Assembly (NCBI GenBank): GCA_002709695.1
Contig: PAQF01000078.1
Span: 116,980 to 180,979, forward strand
Direction: 5' to 3'
DNA: 64,000 nucleotides
From: Candidatus Poribacteria bacterium
GTDB taxonomy: Bacteria; Poribacteria; WGA-4E; UBA9662
Below are positions 21,751 through 31,093 of this stretch, piece by piece. The position numbers were made by a program, and so were the translations under genes. Under the pieces are notes generated by a model, which made no database searches, was not told where the DNA came from, and was given only the letters and a program-made list of their open reading frames with translations. How positions within the stretch are numbered: position 1 is the first letter of the stretch; every line of letters starts with the position of its first letter.

Positions 21751-23120
21751 TGCTGTTGAATGCACCCAACGAGAGTTTGTGTATGCATAATGATCGCCAG
21801 GTCACTCAATCTCTGAAGACCTATGAGCTCGCAGGTAAACTAATCCCTGGTTGGACACAACTTATAAGCCGACGTGCTAGTCAGTTTGCAAACGGTGTCA
21901 GTCCGATTTATGCACAGTGTGCTAAGGGGGCACGTTTTACTGATATTGATGGGAATAGTTATATTGATTGGGTTAGTGCTGTTGGTGCAATTATTTTAGG
22001 TCATGCTGATAAAGTCGTTGATCAAGCTGTAAAGGAGCAGATCAATCGCGGAAGTTTGTATTCTTTAAATAGTCCATTGGAAGTTGAATTGGCTGAGGAA
22101 TTGGTAGATACAATCCCCAGCGCAGAAATGGTTCGATATACTAAAGGAGGTGGAGAAGCATGTGCTGTTGCTGTTCGAATCGCTCGGGGAACTTCAGGTA
22201 GAGAAAAAATCCTATTCTGTGGTTATCATGGCTGGCACGATTGGTATCAAGCAGCCAATTACTTGGTAAACCCAGAAGATGGTGAGTTTCCATTTTCGGG
22301 AATTGAACCAATTGGTGTACCTCAAGTTTTGGCGAATACGGTCATCCCTTTTGCTTACGGAAATCTGACGATGTTAGAAGATCTCCTTAAAAACAACCAG
22401 AACCAAGTTGCAGCCATTATGATGGAACCAATTAGATCTGTACTGCCAGATCCCGGATATTTAGAAGGAGTAAAAGCATTAGCACAAGAACACGATGTTA
22501 TACTGATTTTTGATGAAGTGTCTTGTGGATGGAGACTGTCAATTGGTGGTGTTCAGAAATACCTTAATGTTGTTCCTGATATGACGGTTGTTGCTAAGGC
22601 TATGTCTAATGGGTATCCTATGGGAGCCGTAGTTGGTTTACGAAATGTAATGGAGCCAGCCGATCGAATGTTTATTTCTAGTTCTTACTGGAGTGATAAT
22701 ATTGGTTTGGTTGCAGCATTAACGACAATCCGAGAGCTGAAACAGCGTGATTCTGAAACTCGATTTAAAGAAATTGGAGATAAGCTAATCAAAGGTATTA
22801 ATGAAGCGATTACTGATCTTGGCCTCTCTGGTATGTGTTCGGGGCTTTATACTAATCCCACCATTAATTTAGATTTACCTGATGATACGCTAGGATCGAA
22901 AGTTAACACGCTGTTTATTCAAGAAATGTCATCCAGAGGAGTCCTTTGCTACACGTCATTGACACCAACCTTAGCCCATACTGAGGAAGATATTAATCTT
23001 ACGATCCAAGCGATTACTGATACTCTAGTAGTGATTCAGTCTGGTTTGGAATCTGGCGATATAGATAGTCTGCTGACATGCAATATTAAGAAAGATCCTT
23101 TCCGTCGATTGGTCAGATAA
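21750..23120 (+). CDS. Class III aminotransferase (glutamate-1-semialdehyde aminomutase-like)
   Basis: DIDGNSYID, YHGWHD, IFDEV, AKAMSNGYP. Start set at ATG 21750 (TAATG overlap with the amidase stop). Confidence 0.88.
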   Translation: MLLNAPNESLCMHNDRQVTQSLKTYELAGKLIPGWTQLISRRASQFANGVSPIYAQCAKGARFTDIDGNSYIDWVSAVGAIILGHADKVVDQAVKEQINRGSLYSLNSPLEVELAEELVDTIPSAEMVRYTKGGGEACAVAVRIARGTSGREKILFCGYHGWHDWYQAANYLVNPEDGEFPFSGIEPIGVPQVLANTVIPFAYGNLTMLEDLLKNNQNQVAAIMMEPIRSVLPDPGYLEGVKALAQEHDVILIFDEVSCGWRLSIGGVQKYLNVVPDMTVVAKAMSNGYPMGAVVGLRNVMEPADRMFISSSYWSDNIGLVAALTTIRELKQRDSETRFKEIGDKLIKGINEAITDLGLSGMCSGLYTNPTINLDLPDDTLGSKVNTLFIQEMSSRGVLCYTSLTPTLAHTEEDINLTIQAITDTLVVIQSGLESGDIDSLLTCNIKKDPFRRLVR

Positions 23121-23167
23121 ATCTGTACTTTGTTTCTCTGGATATGTACTTGAAAGTCGACTTTTAT

Positions 23168-23196
23168 TTGTTACAGGGACCTTATTGTGATACAAT
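23168..23196 (+). promoter_or_regulatory. Putative sigma70 promoter for the rhodanese gene
   Basis: TTGTTA-N17-TACAAT with extended -10 TG. Confidence 0.45.
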
Positions 23197-23286
23197 AAAA
23201 TGCGTTAGTTAGGTGTTTTTTTTATTAAAACATCTGGCTGGTAGCAAAAGCTAAGTTATTATGAAAAGGCAGGAGGTTGTAAACTC

Positions 23287-23679
23287 GTGGGAAAAAGTGC
23301 CAAGGAGCTTGTTGAAGAAGCTAATTCGATGCTTAACGTAATTTCGGTTGAAGAGGCTCAATCGTTGGTTGGAAATTCAGATGTCGTTTTTGTCGATGTG
23401 CGAGATCCCGATTCGGTATCAGAAACTGGTATTATTCCAGGAGGAGTTAGTGCGCCGCGCGGACTACTTGAATTTCATGCGGATCCGGAATTTGAGGCTT
23501 TCCATAAACCAGAACTTGACCCAAATAAGCATATTGTGGTAACTTGTGGATTAGGTGGTCAAGCAGCATTATCTGGCAAAGTTCTGAAGGAAATGGGTTT
23601 TGAAAACGTTTCAAATATTGATGGTGGAATGGCTGCTTGGACGGAAGCAAATGCTCCAACCGAAGATTTCGAAGAATAA
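23287..23679 (+). CDS. Single-domain rhodanese-like sulfurtransferase
   Basis: FVDVRD, PRGLLEF, active-site loop CGLGGQ, IDGGMAAW; RBS AGGAGG. Confidence 0.9.
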   Translation: MGKSAKELVEEANSMLNVISVEEAQSLVGNSDVVFVDVRDPDSVSETGIIPGGVSAPRGLLEFHADPEFEAFHKPELDPNKHIVVTCGLGGQAALSGKVLKEMGFENVSNIDGGMAAWTEANAPTEDFEE

Positions 23680-23703
23680 AAAAATAAGTTAGTACTGACT
23701 TTC

Positions 23704-23739
23704 AGCGTTGAAGTTTTTCATCTTCAACGCTATTTTTTT
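23704..23739 (+). terminator. Rho-independent terminator
   Basis: 10-bp stem AGCGTTGAAG/CTTCAACGCT followed by ATTTTTTT. Confidence 0.8.
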
Positions 23740-23768
23740 AATTAAAATCTCTTTTACTGGGAGGAATT

Positions 23769-24359
23769 ATGGGCGGATTAGGTGAAAAAACGCTGTCGGT
23801 TGCAGACGTAATTCAGTCACGACGGACAATATTCAATTTCAAGTTGGAAAAACCTGAAAGAGAGGAAATCGAAGAGGTTTTGGCTTTTGGAATTTGGGCA
23901 CCCAATCACCGACTTACTGAACCATGGCGGTTTACCATAATTGGTGAAGGAAAGAAGCGAGTCTTAGCTGAACGATATCGTGAAATTCAAGTCGAAAAAG
24001 TTGTTGAGTATGCCGATGAACAGCAACAAATAAACGTTGGTCAAAAAGGGTATGACAAATTTATGTCAAAACCTGTTATTGTCGCGGTTTCCTATGTCAA
24101 ATCAGGTAACGATTTTGAGCAGCGGGAAGATTATGCTGCTACTTGTTGTGCTATTCAGAACATTCAATTGGTTGCATGGAGTCGCGGTATTGGTATGCAA
24201 TGGAGCACGGGACCAATTACTCGTGAGGTAGAAACAAATACTCTGTTAGGAATTAGTCACGAGGAAGAAATAATCGGTTTTTTGTACACAGGCTATCCCG
24301 CAGAAATACCAAAAGCTAGGCGGAAATTGTTCAGCGAACTATTCCGCGTTACGGATTGA
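23769..24359 (+). CDS. Nitroreductase family protein (YdjA-like)
   Basis: SRRT, WAPNHRLTEPWRF, AIQNIQL, WSTG, LYTGYP; RBS GGAGG. Confidence 0.9.
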   Translation: MGGLGEKTLSVADVIQSRRTIFNFKLEKPEREEIEEVLAFGIWAPNHRLTEPWRFTIIGEGKKRVLAERYREIQVEKVVEYADEQQQINVGQKGYDKFMSKPVIVAVSYVKSGNDFEQREDYAATCCAIQNIQLVAWSRGIGMQWSTGPITREVETNTLLGISHEEEIIGFLYTGYPAEIPKARRKLFSELFRVTD

Positions 24360-24440
24360 AGCTAAGAAAGCTCGAAAGTAAAAATTCCCTAAAAAATATT
24401 GTATGATTATCATTTAACGAGCTGTACGGCTCCAATTTAT

Positions 24441-24469
24441 TTGATATTCTTTATTATAAATGTTATCAT
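24441..24469 (+). promoter_or_regulatory. Putative rpsD promoter overlapped by Fur/Zur-like boxes
   Basis: TTGATA-N17-TATCAT; TGATATTCTTTATTA and TTATAAATGTTATCA each match 11/14 of TGATAATnATTATCA. Confidence 0.5.
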
Positions 24470-24531
24470 CCGCAGTTTAGCATAGGATTATGATTTTAAA
24501 TTAGTTTGATTTAGATGGAGAAAAGTGACTT

Positions 24532-25146
24532 ATGAGCCGGTATACTGGACCGAAAGTTAAAAAGCTTCGTGCCTTTGGCGTTGATTTGCCTGGACTCTCT
24601 CGCAAATCGCAAAGAGATCGACCGTATGTTCCTGGCGAACACGGTCAAAGTTTTCGTCGAAAACCATCTCCTTATGGTGAGAGATTAATTGAAAAACAAA
24701 AGGTCCGATTTAACTATGGGCTGAGTGAGAAGCAGATGCGGCGACTCATGTCGGAAGCTCGTCGAAGTCAAATGGCTGCAGGCGATAAATTAATGGAATT
24801 ACTTGAACGCCGTTTGGATAATGTTGTCTTTCGTTCGGGGTTCGCACCGACAATTCCAGCTGCACGTCAATTAGTAAATCATGGGCATTTCACTGTTAAT
24901 GGTAAAAAGGTAAATATTCCGTCTTATCGCGTTGATACTGGCGATATAATTGCTCCTCGTCAGAAAAGCATGAACTTGGAATGCATTGAGGTATCGCTTG
25001 AAAACCCGCCACTCTCAAGCACCGATTGGATTGGATTAGATGCAGACAAAAAAACCGCTTCCGTCAATTCGTTACCGACAATCGAGGCTGTCCCTTTTCC
25101 ACTGGATATCCAATTAGTTGTTGAATATTACTCGAGACTGCTATAA
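24532..25146 (+). CDS. rpsD: 30S ribosomal protein S4, zinc-free type, stand-alone
   Basis: MSRYTGP, PGEHG, EKQKVRFNYG, LERRLDNVVFR, ARQLVNHGH, VVEYYSR. Confidence 0.97.
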   Translation: MSRYTGPKVKKLRAFGVDLPGLSRKSQRDRPYVPGEHGQSFRRKPSPYGERLIEKQKVRFNYGLSEKQMRRLMSEARRSQMAAGDKLMELLERRLDNVVFRSGFAPTIPAARQLVNHGHFTVNGKKVNIPSYRVDTGDIIAPRQKSMNLECIEVSLENPPLSSTDWIGLDADKKTASVNSLPTIEAVPFPLDIQLVVEYYSRLL

Positions 25147-25175
25147 ATGGAGAGAACTAGATCTCCATTACTGCT

Positions 25176-26261
25176 TTATTGATTTTCTAACTCCATATTT
25201 TTGATTTCATCTTCGAGGGTTTTAATTTCTGCTAATATTCCCACGTCGGATTCTAGTTCATAAGCCTTCTGATAAGCCGCTAGAGCAGCTTCAGGATCAT
25301 CTAAGAACGATCTCTGGATTTGACCAATCCACTGCCAAGCATCGACTTCGCTAGGATCCAATTCTACAATCTTCTGGTAGATATTAAGTGCTTGGTCATA
25401 GGATCGGGTGCCTCTCGCTCGTCCCGCAATTGAGGCTTGTCGATATAATAGCCCTATCAGTTCTTGACGTGCTTCTACAAAGTGTTCGTTAATATGGACA
25501 GCATCTTCGAGGATCGCAATGGCTTGTTTTTCCATTTTTTCTATCTCAGTTGCGTCAGGTATGTTTTCCTGACCTAAATTTTGATAACCTTGAAGTATTT
25601 GTCGATAAGTCCGCGATAATTGCATCCTTGCGAGTTGTCCTACTGCTGCTAGCTCAAACGGTTGGTGGATCATTTGTAGGTCGTACTGAATTGCTTGCTG
25701 ATAGTGATCAATTGCTTGTTCGAATTGGCGAGCTCCTTGGTATAAAACTCCAAGTAGATAATGAGCCTCAAAATTTTTAGGGTCCTTTTTAATTACTGCT
25801 AAGAATTCCTGTGTTGCTAAGGCCCTTTGCCCATTATCCTTATATAGTTCACCTTGAAGCAATCGTAGTTCTGTATTGTTTCGGTCTATTTCTGCTGCGC
25901 GAGCCAAATGGTCTAGCGCATCCTTGTTCCAATTGCTTCTAAAGTAAATTTCAGAGATACGTAATCTTGCATGAAGTAATTTTTGGGGTTCTTTTTGACT
26001 TTCCATGTGGGTAATGGTTTCCCAATACTTTACTAGTGCTCTAGGCAAGTCCTGTGTCTTGTATAATTGATCTGCTTTCTCTATTAGTTGATCTAAGTCT
26101 GGATTTTCTCCATAGTTTTGATTTGTGTAGGAATTCGTTATATTAACAAAAATGATTACAAAGAAAATGAACACAGCGAATATCTCGAAATAAATGAGCC
26201 ATTTTCTCGTGTTTGTCATTTCGTCAATCATCCTAGTTTCTGAATCAATTTTTCCAAACAA
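25176..26261 (-). CDS. Membrane-anchored tetratricopeptide repeat protein
   Basis: N-terminal TM segment; TPR units such as AHYLLGVLY...AIDHYQQAI and AWQWIG...ALAAYQKAYEL. Confidence 0.85.
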   Translation of the reverse strand: MFGKIDSETRMIDEMTNTRKWLIYFEIFAVFIFFVIIFVNITNSYTNQNYGENPDLDQLIEKADQLYKTQDLPRALVKYWETITHMESQKEPQKLLHARLRISEIYFRSNWNKDALDHLARAAEIDRNNTELRLLQGELYKDNGQRALATQEFLAVIKKDPKNFEAHYLLGVLYQGARQFEQAIDHYQQAIQYDLQMIHQPFELAAVGQLARMQLSRTYRQILQGYQNLGQENIPDATEIEKMEKQAIAILEDAVHINEHFVEARQELIGLLYRQASIAGRARGTRSYDQALNIYQKIVELDPSEVDAWQWIGQIQRSFLDDPEAALAAYQKAYELESDVGILAEIKTLEDEIKNMELENQ

Positions 26262-28155
26262 GTCCTTGGTCTAAAAATTCGATGAATCGTTTTTTATTAC
26301 GTGTTAAGCCTGGGAACCTGGTAATCTCACGATCTTCGGGAGATAGCACAACGTAAAATGGCAAAGCTGTTGTTCCAAATCGATCTATTTCCATCTGTTG
26401 ATTTTTATCTTTGTCTGCTCCGCCATCTGTAAACAACTCTATAAGTACAAACTGTTTTAAACGAGATGAAATTTTGGGATCCTTAAACATGTTAGATTCC
26501 ATCCAGCGACAGTTAGTACATGTATAACCAGTAAAATTCACAAACATTGGTTTGCCCGTTTTTTTCGATTGCTTGAGACCTTCCTCGAATTTCATAACCC
26601 AATCCAAACTATTATCTGATGTCTCAGTATTAGGTTTATGAGAGCGGCTTTGTAAATCTAGTGGCAGATAAGCATCAATAAGGCTATGTAGAGGATGTCC
26701 TGTTAAGCCTTTTGACATATAGATGGCAAATGTAAACAGGACTATGCTGAGGATCAAACGAGGCGCACTAATAGTTTCTAGTTCCGAATCATGTGGTAAA
26801 CGAAGTTTGCCAATCAAATATAGACCGGTTAGGAACGCGATCACTATCCATATAGAAAGTACGCTAGATCGAGTGAAAATTCCCCAATTCCATACTAAAT
26901 CTACATTGCTAAGAAATTTGCATGATGCGGCAAGTTCAAGGAATCCCATTACTACTTTTATTGAGTTGAGCCAGCCTCCACTCTTAGGCATTTTTGCCAA
27001 ATATTGAGGGAAGAGTGCCAGCAAGAAAAACGGAACAGCAAATGCTGTTGAAAAAAACAACATTCCAATCAGTGGCCACAGCCAATTTCCTTGAACTGCT
27101 GCAACTAAGAGTAAACCGACAAATTGTACAGTACAAGTGAAAGAGGTCAAGGTAAAAGTCAGCGCCATAAAGAGAGTGCCTACATATCCACCTCTTCCTT
27201 CTTGTGTGGATGAAAATTGCCTAAGAGCTGTGGGGAGTTGGATTTCATACATACCGAAAAGCGAAAATGCAAAGTATACAAAGAGAAAGCCGATAAAAAG
27301 ATTGACCCAAGGACTGGCAGCTAGCTGATTAGCCCCTGAAGCTCCCAGTGTTATGGCTAATATCAATCCTAATATAGTATAAGTAATAATAATACCTGCA
27401 GAATAAATGAAAGCTTGAGCGAGTGTTTTCCCTTCTTCATGTTCACCTCGTTTAATAAAATAGGATACAGTAATAGGAACCATAGGAAACACACACGGAG
27501 TTAGTAATGAGAGAAAACCCATGGATAGGGAAAGAAGAATAAAAGATTTTATTCCCTTGGCTATGATATTATCCAGGTCAATTTTATCGTCGCCAACAGT
27601 AACATCTGTTTCCATCAACTTGTTCTTCTCATTTCTGGGGTTGCCTTCTTCCACTAACAAAGCAACAATCATTTTTGTGGTCTTTGGAGGGTAACAGATG
27701 TGTGGGTCACAAGCTTGATATAAAAGTTCTACGATAAGCGAATATTTACCGGGATTTAAGGTGGGAATAAGCTTAATAGGTGTTTCGAATACAACAGTTC
27801 CTTCATGAAAATAAACATCAATTTGAAACCCTTCATCATATTTGGTTGCAGGTATCGGTTCTAAAGTTTTGCCAAGAGAACTGACTAAGTTCTCGGGCTT
27901 AATAGTCACCTTTGAGGCGACAGGTCCTACACTTTGTTTATTAGCGGCATAAATGTAGAATCCTGATTTAATTAGAGCCTTAGTTTTTACTGTAACTATC
28001 TCTCCTGCTCGAGCAACAGATGGGTTGATTTCTGCCTCAGCAGTTACAACGGAGTCGACTGTGGTAAAGGGGGTAAATTGCCCAATAGCCAATGGTGCTG
28101 TGGTCACCAAAATCAATAATGCTAGTTGAGGGTACTTTTTTTTATGGATATTCAA
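26245..28155 (-). CDS. dsbD: DsbD-like thiol:disulfide interchange protein (DsbD-N, CcdA TM domain, thioredoxin)
   Basis: YQACDPHICYPP, LTPCVFPMVP, SFTCT, FTGYTCTNCRWME. Confidence 0.88.
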   Translation of the reverse strand: MNIHKKKYPQLALLILVTTAPLAIGQFTPFTTVDSVVTAEAEINPSVARAGEIVTVKTKALIKSGFYIYAANKQSVGPVASKVTIKPENLVSSLGKTLEPIPATKYDEGFQIDVYFHEGTVVFETPIKLIPTLNPGKYSLIVELLYQACDPHICYPPKTTKMIVALLVEEGNPRNEKNKLMETDVTVGDDKIDLDNIIAKGIKSFILLSLSMGFLSLLTPCVFPMVPITVSYFIKRGEHEEGKTLAQAFIYSAGIIITYTILGLILAITLGASGANQLAASPWVNLFIGFLFVYFAFSLFGMYEIQLPTALRQFSSTQEGRGGYVGTLFMALTFTLTSFTCTVQFVGLLLVAAVQGNWLWPLIGMLFFSTAFAVPFFLLALFPQYLAKMPKSGGWLNSIKVVMGFLELAASCKFLSNVDLVWNWGIFTRSSVLSIWIVIAFLTGLYLIGKLRLPHDSELETISAPRLILSIVLFTFAIYMSKGLTGHPLHSLIDAYLPLDLQSRSHKPNTETSDNSLDWVMKFEEGLKQSKKTGKPMFVNFTGYTCTNCRWMESNMFKDPKISSRLKQFVLIELFTDGGADKDKNQQMEIDRFGTTALPFYVVLSPEDREITRFPGLTRNKKRFIEFLDQGLVWKN

Positions 28156-28750
28156 TTGTACTCTGAACCGATTTCTTTTTTCTTATAGTTGTTGTGTTGA
28201 TAATTTCTAGGGTTGCACTCTGAATCTCTGCTCGGTATCGTAATCCAGCGGAGGTCGATTGTCGAAGGCTAGATAAAAGTGTAGTTTCAAGTTCTTCTAT
28301 TGTTGCCCACCGTGCGTCAGAAATTTCCTGTTGATCTATCGGGTTAATATCGTTAGTTGTGGCTTTAGCAGTAAATACGTGGGTTATCCAGTTGACAACT
28401 TGATCCTCAAAATAGAAATCGACATATGTCTTAAGGACGTATTTTTCTATTTTGATATGTAGTCCTGTTTCTTCGTAGATCTCGCGTTTGATACCGCTTT
28501 CAAAATCTTCTCCAGGTTCAATTCCACCACTGGGGGGGCGATAGATTTCTTCCGGATAACTGGGTTTCCGAATTACAGCCACATTAGAATTGTGGAAGAC
28601 AAATGGTGTAATATCGTGTGCTCGTCCTTTTCTCATACTCCATTTGAGCAAATCGAATTCGATTTTGTTCATTGCACACGTAGTATGATATGTTTGAGGC
28701 TGACCATATTTCTGTTCAATTTTATCTAGGATTTGCTGTGTAATATACAT
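28142..28750 (-). CDS. NUDIX hydrolase
   Basis: Nudix box GGIEPGEDFESGIKREIYEETGL. Confidence 0.9.
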   Translation of the reverse strand: MYITQQILDKIEQKYGQPQTYHTTCAMNKIEFDLLKWSMRKGRAHDITPFVFHNSNVAVIRKPSYPEEIYRPPSGGIEPGEDFESGIKREIYEETGLHIKIEKYVLKTYVDFYFEDQVVNWITHVFTAKATTNDINPIDQQEISDARWATIEELETTLLSSLRQSTSAGLRYRAEIQSATLEIINTTTIRKKKSVQSTIEYP

Positions 28751-30004
28751 TCAGATACCCGCAACAAAACGACCAGGGTTTAATACATTAGCCGGATCAA
28801 GCTCAGACTTGATTTGTGTCATCAGTTGTGATTTCTGTCCAACTTCACCCCAAACATCCATAAGATTTTTTAACCCAAGTGGTGCAATTTCGAGGATGAG
28901 GTTACCTTGTATATTAACAGCTTGTTTTCTTAGTACAGTGAGGGTGTTTGCGAGCAAACCAATCTGTTCTTCAGTGAAATCGGACAAAATAAGATAAACT
29001 ATACCGTTACCAATGTGAGACATGACATATGTGGAAAATGGACTGGTTAGATCTAAAACACTTGAAATAAAATTACCGACATTAGATGGCTTGATATTTA
29101 TGCGAGAAACGACCGCCGAGTTTGACCCGTTCCCTTCTGGGAAAGCACACAAACTAGATCTTAATTGTGATTGTTTGTGATCTTGGTAGACTTCTTTTTG
29201 AACGACGCCATTTAGATTTGCTATTGAATTGATCTGATCAATTTGCCAGGCAACTGTTTTTGGATGCCCGTCAATTCCAATCAGAAGACATGGTTCGAGA
29301 ACCTCAGTGTCAGGAATGCCTGCAGAAAAAAAACTGACAAATACTGGTAACAACTGCGACTTTACGATCTCCGTGGATGTCCGAAGAGCATGTCCATGTT
29401 GATTGAAATTTAGTAGCATGGTTCGTTCAACCGCAGGTTTAGGGAAAAGTTTAAATGATACTTCCGTAATAATGCCCAGAGTGCCGTAGGATGCGATATA
29501 CAATTTGTTTATATCATAACCAGCAACATTTTTAACGACTTTTCCCCCTGCCTTAATTATTGTGCCATTAGTTTGAACAACACGCAGGCCCAGAATTAAA
29601 TCTCTTGTCGCGCCATAACGCAATCTATGGGGGCCACTAGAGTTTGTGGCAACAATTCCTCCGACTGTTGCTTCATTATTATAGGGTGGATTTGTTGGTA
29701 GCAATTGGTTATTATCAGCTAGAATTTTCTGCACATCCTTCAACAACATACCAGAACCCACAGTAATTGTTAAATCATCTGGTATGTATTCAACAACTTT
29801 GTTGAATTTTTTCATTGTTAGCAGGAAATCTATTTGGGGTGGAGGGTTACCAATTGAAAGTTTTGAGCCACTTCCCGCAGGAATAACCGACAATTTTTCT
29901 TTGGTTACGTGTCTTAAAAAACTTTGTATTTCGCTGACTGATGAAGGTATGGTAACCTCCTTTGGTATTACACCATCGATCTTGCTAAAGTTTGTGTTTT
30001 GCAT
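28751..30004 (-). CDS. glcE: Glycolate oxidase FAD-binding subunit GlcE-like
   Basis: GSGSK, ATVGG, SGP.RLRYG, GGKVVKNVAGYD, GTLG, DPANVLNPGRF. Confidence 0.85.
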   Translation of the reverse strand: MQNTNFSKIDGVIPKEVTIPSSVSEIQSFLRHVTKEKLSVIPAGSGSKLSIGNPPPQIDFLLTMKKFNKVVEYIPDDLTITVGSGMLLKDVQKILADNNQLLPTNPPYNNEATVGGIVATNSSGPHRLRYGATRDLILGLRVVQTNGTIIKAGGKVVKNVAGYDINKLYIASYGTLGIITEVSFKLFPKPAVERTMLLNFNQHGHALRTSTEIVKSQLLPVFVSFFSAGIPDTEVLEPCLLIGIDGHPKTVAWQIDQINSIANLNGVVQKEVYQDHKQSQLRSSLCAFPEGNGSNSAVVSRINIKPSNVGNFISSVLDLTSPFSTYVMSHIGNGIVYLILSDFTEEQIGLLANTLTVLRKQAVNIQGNLILEIAPLGLKNLMDVWGEVGQKSQLMTQIKSELDPANVLNPGRFVAGI

Positions 30005-31093
30005 CTACACCATCTCCTTGTGCCTGCTACATGCTTCACAAAATGGTAGTAAGGAATGGCGAATATGTTGGCATTCTTCACATTTTTCATATAGGTTTTG
30101 ACCACACGATGGACATGTGTAAGGGGCTTCGGATGTGTCATCTTCTTTTTGCCAAATGGGGATTGCTCCTCGGAACTTACTTGAACTCCAATCAACTTCT
30201 TTGCGAAGACCACGGCGAATTGGAAAGTTACAGATGGGACAGAGCCATTTTCGGTATGCTTCCTTATATTGCTTTAATAACCAATCTTTTTGTGGGGAGG
30301 ATGCTAGCTGAATTAAGTGTCTTAAAATAATAATAACAACAAGAATTGCAACACCAATTAAAATATAATGAAAGAATTCAGCTGGAAAGTATTGCTGCAT
30401 AATCATACCTGTTTGCACGAAAGTGGCAACGAAAGCTGCGAAGACAAGTGGGGCGAAATCACTTTTTCTTTTGTAAACAAGGAGCCAAGTGACACCGAAC
30501 AAGAGCGGAATTATTAGTAACAGTTTCAAACCAGCTGTTTTCCATCGATGCGTACGCATTAAGGTATCAAATTTTTCCTGTCCAAGTTCGCGCCGAGTGT
30601 CAATTTTTTGCGTTATTGTATCTATTTCTTGTTGTAATTGACGTAGTTTCTCAGTCAGAACAACAATCTCATTATTGGCCTGTTGAAATTGTTGTTGGCT
30701 GGACAGATAAAGTGTCTGGCTTTCAGCCAAGGCGTTTTGCTGATCCACAGTAGGTTTCACGCTTTTTTCCAACGCCAGTCGATGCAAGCTTAGTAATTGT
30801 TCCATCGTTTCTTTGGAACTGCTCATGCTATTTTTCAGGATTTTCTGGTTTTCCTGTTGGTTCTTAATTTGGGCGACAATAGTGTTTTTTTCTTCGTTTA
30901 GCTTTTGTTCTTGATCTTGCAGTGAGTTGCCAATTGCTTCCGTTTGGATGGTTTGCCAGTTAGGCCCCTCAATATTGCCAATGTCAGACAGGATGTGTCC
31001 AATGGCCCATATTAAAAGCACAGTTAGGATGGCAGAAAAAGCATAAATCATAATCCGATGCGAGATAGGCCCTATTTGTTTGCCCACATTCAT
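30005..31093 (-). CDS. Hypothetical membrane protein: TM, long coiled coil, three TMs, C-terminal zinc ribbons
   Basis: Hydrophobic segments, Gln/Glu-rich heptads, CPIC, CPSC, CEEC, CEAC; abuts both neighbours. Confidence 0.8.
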   Translation of the reverse strand: MNVGKQIGPISHRIMIYAFSAILTVLLIWAIGHILSDIGNIEGPNWQTIQTEAIGNSLQDQEQKLNEEKNTIVAQIKNQQENQKILKNSMSSSKETMEQLLSLHRLALEKSVKPTVDQQNALAESQTLYLSSQQQFQQANNEIVVLTEKLRQLQQEIDTITQKIDTRRELGQEKFDTLMRTHRWKTAGLKLLLIIPLLFGVTWLLVYKRKSDFAPLVFAAFVATFVQTGMIMQQYFPAEFFHYILIGVAILVVIIILRHLIQLASSPQKDWLLKQYKEAYRKWLCPICNFPIRRGLRKEVDWSSSKFRGAIPIWQKEDDTSEAPYTCPSCGQNLYEKCEECQHIRHSLLPFCEACSRHKEMV

